A stretch of DNA of 64,000 bases from contig JAISXY010000041.1 of assembly GCA_031270285.1 (NCBI GenBank), forward strand, positions 3,977 to 67,976, written 5' to 3'. The notes below the pieces were generated by a model, which did no database searches, was not told where the DNA came from, and was given only the letters and a program-made list of their open reading frames with translations. This document shows positions 48,645-58,496 of the stretch, in pieces (positions within the stretch are counted from its first letter, which is position 1; every line of letters starts with the position of its first letter). A program made the translations under genes and the position numbers. This DNA is from Campylobacteraceae bacterium. Lineage in GTDB: Bacteria; Campylobacterota; Campylobacteria; Campylobacterales; Campylobacteraceae.

Positions 48645-49200
48645 GGGTATCCATTGTACCCTCTACGTCATATCCGAGTAATCGGGTATCCAAAAGAATA
48701 ACAAAAATGCTTTCATGGAAAAATGGATTTTTGATAAATAGTCGTCATGAGAAGATGGATTCCCGCCTACGCGGGAATGACGTAGGGTTTTGATTTTATG
48801 CGCTTTTGCTTTGTTTGATATGCAAGATAATTTAATGCGCTCTTAGATTCCCGCCATCCCTCACGATATACGCTTTCTGCGAAAGCTTGTCGTTCGGTCG
48901 CGGGAATGACGTAAGGGAGAGGGAAAAAAAGGAACGACACTCTCTCTATGTCATACCCGTGAAAACAAGCGAAGCGCTTTCAGCTTGCCGAAATGTTTCC
49001 TTGAAAGCGTATTCAATAAATCTTTTATATTTCAATATAGATAAAACGCATAAAACCATCTCATGAGGGCAATGTCTCTTTGAGTTGTTTTGGATTCCCG
49101 CCTACGCGGGAATGACGTAAGGGTGAGGCGGGAAGGACATAGTGGGGAGGCAAGAATGACATATGCTCTTTTCGTCATACCCGTGAAGACGGGTATCCAA
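48645..49200. repeat. Mosaic palindromic repeat array E
   Basis: Type-2 cores lie at 48666-48691 and 49173-49198. Type-1 cores lie at 48757-48782 and 49092-49117. An expanded type-1 element lies at 48845-48911. Orientation is opposite to arrays A, C and D. Confidence 0.9.
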
Positions 49201-49248
49201 AAAGAAAAGTAAAACAAACATAGAATAATTTGTTTTATGCCTAATAAA

Positions 49249-51084
49249 TCATGAAAAGTTCAAAGGATCCATGTCAATTTGTATAAACCGATCTCGCACA
49301 AGTTTTGCGGCGCGTAAAAGCGGTTTGATATTTTTGCTTCTTAAGAGTATAAAATAGCGGTATTTAAGCGCAATTTTGGATATATCGCAGTCTCCTGCGC
49401 CCACTATCTCCACACTTTCGCAGTTCTCTAAAATATGCACGGTTTTATCGGTAATCTCTTTTGCTTTCATCTCGTTTTTGTGAGAGATCAAAAGCCGCAT
49501 GAGCTTTCTTGAAGGCGGGTATAATCCGTCTCTGATGTGTTTTTCATATTCTAAAAAAGAGTCGTAATCCTCTATATATTTTTCAAAAAAATCACAGTTT
49601 TTGCTCTGTATAAAAACCACTCCTTTCTCTTTGCGTCCGCTTCGTCCGGCTATTTGTATCGCAAGCGAGAGCGCTTTTTCGCGCGCTTTGAAGTCATTCA
49701 TGGCAAGAAGCGAGTCAATACCCATAACGATTGAGAGTCCCACGCCGTGATAATCATGTCCTTTGCTGAGCATCTGCGTACCGACCAATATATCAATTTC
49801 GCGCGCCTGAAAACTTTTCAAAGTCCTGTTTAATTTGATATCGGTCGTAATCTCGTCTTTGTCAAATTTCTCAATCCTGTATCCGCTGAAAATCTCGCGC
49901 AATCTGTCCACAACTTCCGCCGTGCCAAGCCGCGTGGCTTCCATCGTTTCGCTTTTGCATTCGGGGCAGATTTTGAAAATGCGGGCGGTAAAGCCGCAGT
50001 AGTGGCATTTCAGCGCATTTATATTTTTATGCAGGCTCATGGACACAGAGCAGTAAGGACACTCTATATTTTTACCGCAGGCTTTACATGTAATATATTT
50101 AAAATGTGCGCGAGTCGGCAAAAAAACGATAATCTGCTGTTTTTTCGCTAAAGTTTTTTTGATCTCATGCAGCAGTTTATCCGTAAGTTCGTTGTGCGCA
50201 TTTTCAAAAATTATCTCTTTATCGCTTTTGAAAAATGTGCCTTTAAGCCTGAAATATGGTATCTTAAGAGCTGTCGCAAGGCTTGGAGTAGCGCTTCCTA
50301 ACACTACTTTGATATTTTCTTTTGCGCCTGTCATTAAGCTTATGTCTCTCGCATTATAACGCGGTGCGGAGTTTGATTTGTAACTTTCGTCATGTTCTTC
50401 GTCCACGATAATCAACTCCGTATCATAAAGCGGCAAAAAAAGAGCGGAGCGCGCACCCAAAATCACCCTTGCCCTGCCCTCGTTTATCGCCGATAAAATC
50501 TCTGTTTTTCTCTTTTTTGTAAGTTTTGAGTGCCAAAGAACCACCAAATCGCCAAAAAAGACTTTCAGCCGCGCTTCAAGCTGCGGAGTAAGTCCGATCT
50601 CAGGCAGCAGAAAGAGCGCATTTTTGCCTTGAGAAAGGGCGTCGCAAATGAGTGCAATATATATTTCGCTTTTGCCGCTTCCCGTATCGCCGAATATCAG
50701 CGACATTTTGTGCGATTTGGCAAATTCAAAGGCTTGACGCTGTTCTGCCGTAAGGGCTGGCGGAGGAATTTCAAGCTTTGCAAAAGCGGTTTTTTCACTC
50801 TCATAAGGCACAAAAAGTCCAAGAGCAAGACCTAAAGAGGAGCTGTAGTATTCGGATATAAATTTTGCTCTTTCAAGCTGCGAGGCGGTAAAAAAGCGTT
50901 TTGTTGTTTCTATTATATCTTGACATTCAAAAGACGGCTCTTCTACGGCTTGCACGACTACGCCGAAACTCTCTTTTGTCTTCAGCGGAACTTTTATGAC
51001 ATATCCATTTTTGACTTGTTTTAAACTGCGATATGTCAAAGGTTCAAGCGATGAACCGAGAAGAGCTGTCTGATAGTAGAACAT
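49249..51084 (-). CDS. priA: Primosomal protein N' (PriA helicase)
   Basis: Contains GDTGSGKSEIY and DEEHD, plus a Cys-rich zinc-binding insertion (CKACG...CPYCS...CHYCG...CPEC). Confidence 0.9.
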   Translation of the reverse strand: MFYYQTALLGSSLEPLTYRSLKQVKNGYVIKVPLKTKESFGVVVQAVEEPSFECQDIIETTKRFFTASQLERAKFISEYYSSSLGLALGLFVPYESEKTAFAKLEIPPPALTAEQRQAFEFAKSHKMSLIFGDTGSGKSEIYIALICDALSQGKNALFLLPEIGLTPQLEARLKVFFGDLVVLWHSKLTKKRKTEILSAINEGRARVILGARSALFLPLYDTELIIVDEEHDESYKSNSAPRYNARDISLMTGAKENIKVVLGSATPSLATALKIPYFRLKGTFFKSDKEIIFENAHNELTDKLLHEIKKTLAKKQQIIVFLPTRAHFKYITCKACGKNIECPYCSVSMSLHKNINALKCHYCGFTARIFKICPECKSETMEATRLGTAEVVDRLREIFSGYRIEKFDKDEITTDIKLNRTLKSFQAREIDILVGTQMLSKGHDYHGVGLSIVMGIDSLLAMNDFKAREKALSLAIQIAGRSGRKEKGVVFIQSKNCDFFEKYIEDYDSFLEYEKHIRDGLYPPSRKLMRLLISHKNEMKAKEITDKTVHILENCESVEIVGAGDCDISKIALKYRYFILLRSKNIKPLLRAAKLVRDRFIQIDMDPLNFS

Positions 51085-51516
51085 TTACTGTATTAGTTGA
51101 GAACAAAGATCTCCTGCTTCTACTATCGCACATGTAAAGATTCCTGTAGCAGTACTATATGTAAATGTTACATCATCACCGTCTATATCTAAATTATAGG
51201 TTTTTCCCGCTTCTACCTCTGTCCAGCCTCTTCCATTAGCGTCGGCAGCAGGTTGAATAGGATAAGTAAGCACTCCCTCAAACAGCTTGGTTGCATCTAG
51301 TCCTTCTAATGGAGGGAATGCGGGATTCCCCTGCAGAAGGTTTTCACTTCTTGTCGTTGATATGGCGCTTCGTATTGTTGATATATCCGAAGCATATCTC
51401 GTTATTTGCGCATCTCTTCTTGTGGCAGTGAGTTTAGGGACAGCAATGGAGGCTAAAATACCTAAAATGACTATGACGAAGATCAATTCTACCATTGTAA
51501 AAGCTGAGCGTTTCAT
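51085..51516 (-). CDS. Type IV pilin / pseudopilin-like protein
   Basis: Starts MKRSAFTMVELIFVIVILGILASIAVP (prepilin N-methylation motif with Glu5). Its stop TAA abuts the priA ATG directly. Confidence 0.75.
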   Translation of the reverse strand: MKRSAFTMVELIFVIVILGILASIAVPKLTATRRDAQITRYASDISTIRSAISTTRSENLLQGNPAFPPLEGLDATKLFEGVLTYPIQPAADANGRGWTEVEAGKTYNLDIDGDDVTFTYSTATGIFTCAIVEAGDLCSQLIQ

Positions 51517-51597
51517 GCAAACTCCTTTTTAAAATAAAAAAGGTGGAAATATAATTCTACATTTCCACCTTTGGCATAGATATATTAGTCGCGTAAA

Positions 51598-52062
51598 TTA
51601 GTCGCGTTTAATACCTGTGCCACCAAAACTGATATTACCGCCATTTGCATGTATGGTGGAATTCAAAGTTTTATCCTTAAGCATCTCCGTACAAACGGTA
51701 CCAGTTCCTGCTCCTGCAGCAACAGTTAAAACACCGGCGTTGTTAAATGTTATCTTAACACAAGGGTCTTTGGCACTGCCTACACTTGTCTCATAATTAA
51801 TTGCAGTACCTGCAACTGTAGGGTTTGCAGCAACATTGTCAAAGTTAGCAACATTCGTCATTGCGCTGACAGTAGTAGCCCATTCACCTTGTGAAGTATA
51901 GTAAGCACCAAAATCACTGATAGCCATTTGAACTTCCGTCAAACCTTTAGCGATTTGTGCGTCATCTCTCGTAGCTGTTAGTCTTGGAATAGCTACAGCC
52001 GCTAAAATACCTAAAATAACGATCACGAAGATCAACTCAATCATAGTAAAACCGCGTCTCAT
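51598..52062 (-). CDS. Type IV pilin / pseudopilin-like protein
   Basis: Starts MRRGFTMIELIFVIVILGILAAVAIP and has two Cys in the C-terminal half. Confidence 0.75.
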   Translation of the reverse strand: MRRGFTMIELIFVIVILGILAAVAIPRLTATRDDAQIAKGLTEVQMAISDFGAYYTSQGEWATTVSAMTNVANFDNVAANPTVAGTAINYETSVGSAKDPCVKITFNNAGVLTVAAGAGTGTVCTEMLKDKTLNSTIHANGGNISFGGTGIKRD

Positions 52063-52139
52063 GGGAGACTCCTTAAAACGAATTTGTCAATACACTTATT
52101 GACATATTGTGATTGTACTCTTTATATTATTAAAAAAAT

Positions 52140-52364
52140 CTAAAACAGTTTATTATCTATTTTTTGCAGTATATCTTTCGCACTTTTTTCATTTTCAAAC
52201 CTGTCATGACACTCCTGTATAAAAGCCGCAAGTATATCTTTTATCTCCAGAGTGTTCTTATTTTTAAAAAAGCGCTCCAACTCTTTTTCAAAAAAATCTA
52301 CAAACTCATCGTCTAATGTAATATCAAAACTTTTGGCAGATACGGTTATGGTTACTTTTTTCAT
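52140..52364 (-). CDS. Hypothetical small protein (74 aa)
   Basis: The ORF has a 4-nt overlap with the upstream coiled-coil gene. No motif was recognised. Confidence 0.4.
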   Translation of the reverse strand: MKKVTITVSAKSFDITLDDEFVDFFEKELERFFKNKNTLEIKDILAAFIQECHDRFENEKSAKDILQKIDNKLF

Positions 52365-52594
52365 ATTTTAAGAACGGATTCTATCTTTTCTAACAGTTCG
52401 TCCGTCTCTAAATTTTTGGCTTTGACGTCGTTTTGGAGTTTGGCAACCATCTCCTCTTTTTCAAACAGTTCGGCCTTAAGGCTTTCAATCTCCTCTTTTA
52501 AAGCACCGTTTTCCGTCTCAAGCGCATTAAATTTTACTATCAACCTCTCTATTTTGTCGCTAAGAACAGCGGAGATATTGCCGTCGTTGCTCAT
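52361..52594 (-). CDS. Small coiled-coil protein (ZapB-like, speculative)
   Basis: 77 aa with heptad-rich sequence (LETENGALKEEIESLKAELFEKEEMVAKLQ). Confidence 0.4.
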   Translation of the reverse strand: MSNDGNISAVLSDKIERLIVKFNALETENGALKEEIESLKAELFEKEEMVAKLQNDVKAKNLETDELLEKIESVLKI

Positions 52595-52700
52595 TGAAAT
52601 CCTTGTTTTAGAATGTTAGGCTATAATTGTAACAAAAAACCTCTTAATTAGTATATAGATATTAGTTGGGATTTATTTTTTCTCAAATGAAGGAGACTTT

Positions 52701-54677
52701 TTGGATAGATTTGAATTGATATCTTCTTACCAAAGAGCAGGCGACCAAAATGAAGCTATAAATAAGCTGTCCGCTTCTATAAAAGACGGCAACCGTTATC
52801 AGACACTAATAGGCGTTACGGGCAGCGGCAAAACTTATACGATGGCAAATATCATACAAGAGCTTCAGATGCCAACTCTCATCATGACGCATAATAAAAC
52901 TTTAGCCGCACAATTGTACAGCGAATTTAAGGGATTTTTTCCGAAAAACCATGTGGAGTATTTTATAAGTTACTACGACTATTATCAGCCTGAAGCTTAC
53001 ATACCAAGACAAGACCTGTTTATAGAAAAAGACAGCTCTATAAATGAAGAACTTGAGAGATTGAGGCTCTCTGCAACCGCTTCGCTTTTGAGTTTTAATG
53101 ATATTATATGCGTGGCGTCCGTTTCGGCAAATTACGGACTCGGCAATCCGCATGAATATAAAAGTATGGTTCAAATAGTAGAAAAGGGCGGCTTTATCCA
53201 CCAAAAAACGCTGCTTTTGAAACTTGTAGAGATGGGATATAAGCGCAACGACAATTATTTTGACAGGGGCGATTTTAGAGTGAGGGGCGATGCGGTAGAT
53301 ATTTATCCCGCATACAGCGAAGAGGAGGCTGTAAGAATAGAATTTTTCAGCGATGAAGTGGAAAATATCGCGTATTTTGACGCTTTGACAAATAAAAAAA
53401 TAAAAAATACGAACAAAATAATTATCTATGCGGCAAATCAGTTTATCGTAGGGCAGGAGAGATTGAAACTCGCCGTAAAAGAGATAGAGGAAGAGTTGGC
53501 GGCGAGATTGGCTTTTTTCAAAAAAGAGAATAAGCTTGTAGAGTATCAGCGGTTAAAGCAGAGAGTTGAGTTTGATTTGGAGATGATAACGGCGACCGGA
53601 ATATGTAAAGGGATAGAAAATTATGCGCGCCATTTGACAGGTAAAAAAGCGGGAGAGACGCCATATACGCTGTTTGATTATTACGAAGCGATAGGAGAAA
53701 AGTATCTTGTTATCGTAGATGAGTCTCATGTAAGCCTGCCGCAGTTTCGCGGTATGTTTGCAGGAGACAGAAGCCGCAAAGATGTTTTGGTAGAGTATGG
53801 TTTCAGACTGCCCAGCGCACTGGATAACCGCCCGCTGATGTTTGATGAATTTATAGATAAAGCTCCCGCATATCTTTTTGTTTCCGCAACTCCTGCGCCG
53901 CTTGAGTTAGGGCTATCGGCAGAAAATATCGCCGAACAAGTTGTAAGACCAACGGGGCTGCTTGACCCTGTTGTAGAGATAAAGTCAAGCAGCAATCAAG
54001 TGGAGATTTTATTTGATGAGATAAAAAAGGTTATATCGCAAAACGAACGCATCCTTGTAACGACATTGACAAAAAAAATGGCAGAAGAACTGACCCGCCA
54101 CTATGCTGATCTGGGGCTAAAGATAAAATATATGCACTCCGATATAGACGCTATTGAACGAAATCATCTGATAAGAGGTCTCAGGCTTGGAGAATTTGAT
54201 ATTCTTGTGGGCATAAATCTTTTAAGAGAGGGGCTTGACTTGCCTGAAGTTTCATTGATAGGAGTTTTGGACGCCGATAAAGAGGGTTTTTTAAGAAGCG
54301 AAACAAGCCTTATACAAACTATGGGCAGAGCGGCAAGAAACGAAAACGGTAAAGTTATTCTTTTTGCAGATAAAATCACCGCTTCCATGCAAAAAGCTAT
54401 TGATATTACGAACGAGCGCCGTAAAAAACAAGAAGAGTTCAATAGAGCGCATAATATCACGCCGAAAACCGTCGTGAGAAAACTGGACGAAAACCTGCAT
54501 GCAGAAAATATAGACGAACTTGCTTCAAAAAGAAAGAAAATGGAAAAAATTCCCGCTTCGCAAAGGCGCGAAATCGTTAAAGAATTGACGAAAAAGATGC
54601 ATGAAGCGGCAAAAGCGCTGGAGTTTGAAAAAGCGGCAAAACTGCGGGACGAAATAGCAAAACTGCGGGAGCTGTAA
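52701..54677 (+). CDS. uvrB: Excinuclease ABC subunit B
   Basis: Contains [12 protein letters not shown] and a C-terminal UVR domain ([17 protein letters not shown]). Confidence 0.97.
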   Translation: MDRFELISSYQRAGDQNEAINKLSASIKDGNRYQTLIGVTGSGKTYTMANIIQELQMPTLIMTHNKTLAAQLYSEFKGFFPKNHVEYFISYYDYYQPEAYIPRQDLFIEKDSSINEELERLRLSATASLLSFNDIICVASVSANYGLGNPHEYKSMVQIVEKGGFIHQKTLLLKLVEMGYKRNDNYFDRGDFRVRGDAVDIYPAYSEEEAVRIEFFSDEVENIAYFDALTNKKIKNTNKIIIYAANQFIVGQERLKLAVKEIEEELAARLAFFKKENKLVEYQRLKQRVEFDLEMITATGICKGIENYARHLTGKKAGETPYTLFDYYEAIGEKYLVIVDESHVSLPQFRGMFAGDRSRKDVLVEYGFRLPSALDNRPLMFDEFIDKAPAYLFVSATPAPLELGLSAENIAEQVVRPTGLLDPVVEIKSSSNQVEILFDEIKKVISQNERILVTTLTKKMAEELTRHYADLGLKIKYMHSDIDAIERNHLIRGLRLGEFDILVGINLLREGLDLPEVSLIGVLDADKEGFLRSETSLIQTMGRAARNENGKVILFADKITASMQKAIDITNERRKKQEEFNRAHNITPKTVVRKLDENLHAENIDELASKRKKMEKIPASQRREIVKELTKKMHEAAKALEFEKAAKLRDEIAKLREL

Positions 54678-54704
54678 TTTATGGTATTTTTGTCTGCTTA
54701 CCGA

Positions 54705-55310
54705 TGTCCTCTCTACGTCATACCCGATTACTCGGGTATCCAAAACAAGCGAAGCGCTTTTGCGTAAGCAAAATGTTTCCTTGAAAACAAGCGAAGCGCT
54801 TTCGGCCTGCCGAAATGTTTCCTTGAAAGCGTATTCAATAAATCTTTTATATTTCAATATAAATAAAACGCATAAAACCATCTTATGGGGTCAATGTCTA
54901 TTTGAGTTTTTTGGATTCCCGCCTGCGCGGGAATGACATAAGAGGACATGGAAATGACAAAAGGAGAAGCGGGAAGGACGTAAAAAGAAAAAGGAAAGAC
55001 ACTCTCTCTCTACGTCATACCCGATTACTCGGGTATCCAAAAATAATAAAACAAATGAAAAATAAGGTTTTTTGGTTTTATGCGCTTTATCATTTAAATA
55101 TATGTAAGATTTTAAAATGCGCTCTTGGATTCCCGCCTGCGCGGGAATGACGTAAGGGAGTCGTGAAGGACGTAAAAAGAAAAAGGAAAGACACTCTCTC
55201 TACGTCATACCCGCATGAGCGTAATCGTTTTTGTAAAAAACGATATTTGCGAGGAATACGGGTATCCACCACCTTCTATGTCATACCCGCACAGGCGGGT
55301 ATCCAAAAAG
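54705..55310. repeat. Mosaic palindromic repeat array F
   Basis: Type-2 cores lie at 54716-54741, 55013-55038 and 55280-55304. Type-1 cores GGATTCCCGCCTGCGCGGGAATGAC lie at 54913-54937 and 55127-55152. An expanded type-2 element lies at 55203-55267. A tandem 45-bp module spans 54742-54830. Confidence 0.9.
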
Positions 55311-55460
55311 AAATAACAAAAATGTTTTCATAAAAAAACATACAAAGCAGTGATCTGTCTTAATTTTATATAATGCTCATGCGGGCTTAAAGAAAAAATA
55401 AAAGCGTGGTGATTTTAGAGATAGTCCCCCGATAAACGGGGGATTTGTAAAGCTGAATAT

Positions 55461-56639
55461 TTAGAAGTTATATTGAGCCTGGAAACGAATCTCGTCGTTG
55501 GTATTCTCATCTGTACCTGTTGTTTTGCCAGGTCTAGTATCGTTATCAAGATCTATATGAGAATAGTACAACTCAAGACCGAAATTTTTGGCATATTTAT
55601 ATGTAATTGTGCCGTAAGCTTCGCTGTAGTCTTGGTCTCTGCTGCCTACATCAGCCAAACCATAGCCAAGTTCAAAGCCAAATTTATCTATAGTCGCTCC
55701 GCCTTTTATAAATGCCGTACCGACATCATTAACATTTGAAGTTCTATAGTAGAGCTGTTTACCAAATCTTATAAAACCGCTGTTATCCGCATCAAGCGCA
55801 TAGATACCCTGATCTTTATCGCTCGCCGTATAGCCTGCCGTTACGGCAAACTGCTGGTTTTTATAACCGCCCTCTAAACCATAAAAAATACCTGCGTCTT
55901 CAGCTGCGCCGACTTGGTCTGCAAGCTTTAAGTAGTTCAACTGACCTCTTGCGTTAAATCCGTTTAAAGCAAATTTTGCTTCACCAAACAGTACCGCATC
56001 AGCTACAGTCTCCAAATTTGCTGCCCAAAACTGCAAACCGACAGGCCCCACTTTACCGATAGCGGCTAAAGCGTATAAATTGTTATCGCTGTCAAAACTT
56101 GTAGGAGCATATGGATGACCATTTAAAGCGTTCGTCTGCAGATATGCCGCACCAGCTACCGTCCAGTCAGGATTGATAGAATACAGAGCAAGTACGCCGT
56201 TACCGTAAGAACCTGATATAACAGATGTTTGCGTCCATGGAGTAGGTATCTCTATCTTACCCGCTTTTACAGTCAAACCGCCAGCGCCGTACTGAAAGAA
56301 GAATTTATCAAAATTAAAACTTCTTCCGCCCGTATCGCCTGCCGGTGAACTTGCATCGGTATCGCCTCTATTCCATATATCGGTTACTAAAGCGGTACCA
56401 AATTTCAAGCTGTCCGTTACAGGTACAATTAACTGTAAATAGCCCGAAAAACGATTCGCATCCACACCTCTGTTGCCGCTTGAGACAGGAGTAGCAAAAT
56501 CAGATTGAGAATGGTATCTGTATCTTGCCTGACCGCTTACCTCAACACCCTTTACTGCCTCTTCAAGAGGCGTAGCGCTTATAGAACTAAACGCACCTAC
56601 CGCTATAGCAGCGGCTAAACTTAACTTTGCTAGCTTCAT
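55461..56639 (-). CDS. Major outer-membrane porin, Campylobacter MOMP family, paralogue 2
   Basis: Signal peptide MKLAKLSLAAAIAVGAFSSISA and C-terminal RFQAQYNF. It shares conserved blocks with paralogue 1. Confidence 0.8.
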   Translation of the reverse strand: MKLAKLSLAAAIAVGAFSSISATPLEEAVKGVEVSGQARYRYHSQSDFATPVSSGNRGVDANRFSGYLQLIVPVTDSLKFGTALVTDIWNRGDTDASSPAGDTGGRSFNFDKFFFQYGAGGLTVKAGKIEIPTPWTQTSVISGSYGNGVLALYSINPDWTVAGAAYLQTNALNGHPYAPTSFDSDNNLYALAAIGKVGPVGLQFWAANLETVADAVLFGEAKFALNGFNARGQLNYLKLADQVGAAEDAGIFYGLEGGYKNQQFAVTAGYTASDKDQGIYALDADNSGFIRFGKQLYYRTSNVNDVGTAFIKGGATIDKFGFELGYGLADVGSRDQDYSEAYGTITYKYAKNFGLELYYSHIDLDNDTRPGKTTGTDENTNDEIRFQAQYNF

Positions 56640-57027
56640 ATTTTTCTCCTTTTTGCTAATAAAGATGGAAAATTATAACTAATTTTGCTTACAAAATAAT
56701 AACAAATGCAACTTATTCTATAGATTTAAGTAATAATAAAAGGGTATGGAAAAGTAAGAAAGGACTGCATAAGTTAATGATATACAATAATTAGACCGCA
56801 GTCCTTTCAATGCTTTCCGCAAAAGGAGCTAAAATAAAAAGTCAATTGGCAGTATAGAGTTAAATGGTAAACGAGCGGTAAATTAGATAATGAATGATTT
56901 TATTTCAACAATCATACCATAATACCGCTTTTATACAGAAAGCTTCAGATAAAAACAGGTTGATTTTTAAAGTTGTCAGGCAATGTCTTCAGCGTATAAG
57001 CACGCATAAAGACATTGCAAATTTGTT

Positions 57028-57255
57028 TTATAGATTGTTGGCTTTTTTATATGCCAATATCAACGCATAAGCTTCGTCTTTTAACAGCAGTTTCTCTTTT
57101 TTCAGCCTTTCAAGCTCCAAATGTTCCAAATGTTCGCGCCCTTCTTCAACATCTAAGATTTTTTGATCCAAGTCGTTGTGCTTTTCAAAAATCTTAGCAA
57201 AATGCGCATCTTCTTGTTTTAGTTTTGTAATAATGTCACGGTACTCATGCAACAT
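57028..57255 (-). CDS. DUF465 (YdcH-like) small protein
   Basis: Contains HEYRDIITKLKQEDAHFAKIFEKHNDLDQKI. Confidence 0.7.
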   Translation of the reverse strand: MLHEYRDIITKLKQEDAHFAKIFEKHNDLDQKILDVEEGREHLEHLELERLKKEKLLLKDEAYALILAYKKANNL

Positions 57256-57308
57256 AGCATCTCTCCTTATAAAATTTTTTTTATTTTAACGATTTTGTTA
57301 TTAAAGTC

Positions 57309-58496
57309 TTATGAACGATAGTCGGCATTTATACTTACATACTCATGCCCAAGATCGCATCCGTATGCCGTGTAACTTTCACTGCCGATACCCAAATCGC
57401 AGATTATTTTAAAGCCCTCTTGCTTCATGACTTTGTTTGCCGCAGCTTCGCTTGTTTTGTCAAGCTGCCTTTTTTGGGACGAATATACAAGCACATCGTC
57501 ATAGTAAATAACCAAACTCTCTTCTTCGCATGTAATACCGCTTGCACCTATAGTGGAAGCTATGCGTCCCCAATTCGGATCTTCGCCGAAAATCGCCGTT
57601 TTCACCAAAAGAGAGTTACTCAAAGCTTTTGCGGCTTTTTTCGCTTCATCTAAAGTCGCTGCATTTTTAACCTCAAAAGCAACCACTTTTTTGCTTCCCT
57701 CGCCGTCTCTTACTATCTCCAAAGCCAAATGTTTCATGACAAACTTCAAAGCTTCGCTAAAAGCTCTTTTCTCCCAAACACCGCTTTTTGCCGATGATAA
57801 AAGCATAACCGTATCGTTGGTTGATGTATCTCCATCTACGCTTATAGCGTTAAAACTCTCCTCCGCGGCATCTTTTAAAAGAGCGGTTATCAACTCTTCG
57901 GGCACATTTGCGTCGGTTGTTATGAAGCAAAGCATCGTAGCAAGAGATGGGTTTATCATGCCAGCCCCCTTGCAAATAGCTCCTATATGAAATGAGCCCT
58001 TGTTTTCAATATTGACTTTTACGGCTATCTCTTTTTTAAATCTATCGGTAGTCATAATCGCTTCAGCCGCCGCATTTGAATCTTTGGCATTGAAATTAAA
58101 AAGCTCAAAAGATTTTGCGATTTTTTGCGTATCAAGCCTGTATCCTATAACGCCCGTTGAACTCATGACGGGATTTTTTACATGCAAGAAGTTCGGAAGG
58201 TGCGAAAACAGCTCGTCTATATCGTCTATTCCCTCTTTGCCCGTCATGGCATTGGCATTTTTGGAGTTTATCAAAACAAAATTTGTTTGAAATGTTTCGC
58301 CGTATCTTTTAAAATGGCGTATGGGTGCGGCTTGAAATTTATTTGATGTAAAAATCGCTCCCACATCGCAAAGTGTATCGCTTCTTATGAAAGCTATGTC
58401 ATTTTTGCCCTCTTTTTTTAGTCCGACACTTACGCCGCCGCTGAAAAACCCCTCTACATTATCAAGCCCGCCTTTTAGCGGCAATATATCAAACAT
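57309..58496 (-). CDS. argJ: Bifunctional ornithine acetyltransferase / N-acetylglutamate synthase
   Basis: Contains the autoprocessing site ATMLCFITTDA, and DGDTSTND. Confidence 0.9.
   Translation of the reverse strand: MFDILPLKGGLDNVEGFFSGGVSVGLKKEGKNDIAFIRSDTLCDVGAIFTSNKFQAAPIRHFKRYGETFQTNFVLINSKNANAMTGKEGIDDIDELFSHLPNFLHVKNPVMSSTGVIGYRLDTQKIAKSFELFNFNAKDSNAAAEAIMTTDRFKKEIAVKVNIENKGSFHIGAICKGAGMINPSLATMLCFITTDANVPEELITALLKDAAEESFNAISVDGDTSTNDTVMLLSSAKSGVWEKRAFSEALKFVMKHLALEIVRDGEGSKKVVAFEVKNAATLDEAKKAAKALSNSLLVKTAIFGEDPNWGRIASTIGASGITCEEESLVIYYDDVLVYSSQKRQLDKTSEAAANKVMKQEGFKIICDLGIGSESYTAYGCDLGHEYVSINADYRS

Noticed and set aside
55425-55443. A hairpin tcccccg-ataaa-cggggga just downstream of porin paralogue 2, considered as its terminator.
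   Set aside because: The stem is short (7 bp) and is not followed by a T-run on the minus strand. It is plausible but not supportable as a called feature.
56970-57018. A 10-bp stem (gcaatgtctt / aagacattgc) with a 29-nt loop downstream of the DUF465 gene, considered as a terminator or sRNA.
   Set aside because: The loop is large, no T-tract follows on the relevant strand, and there is no other support.
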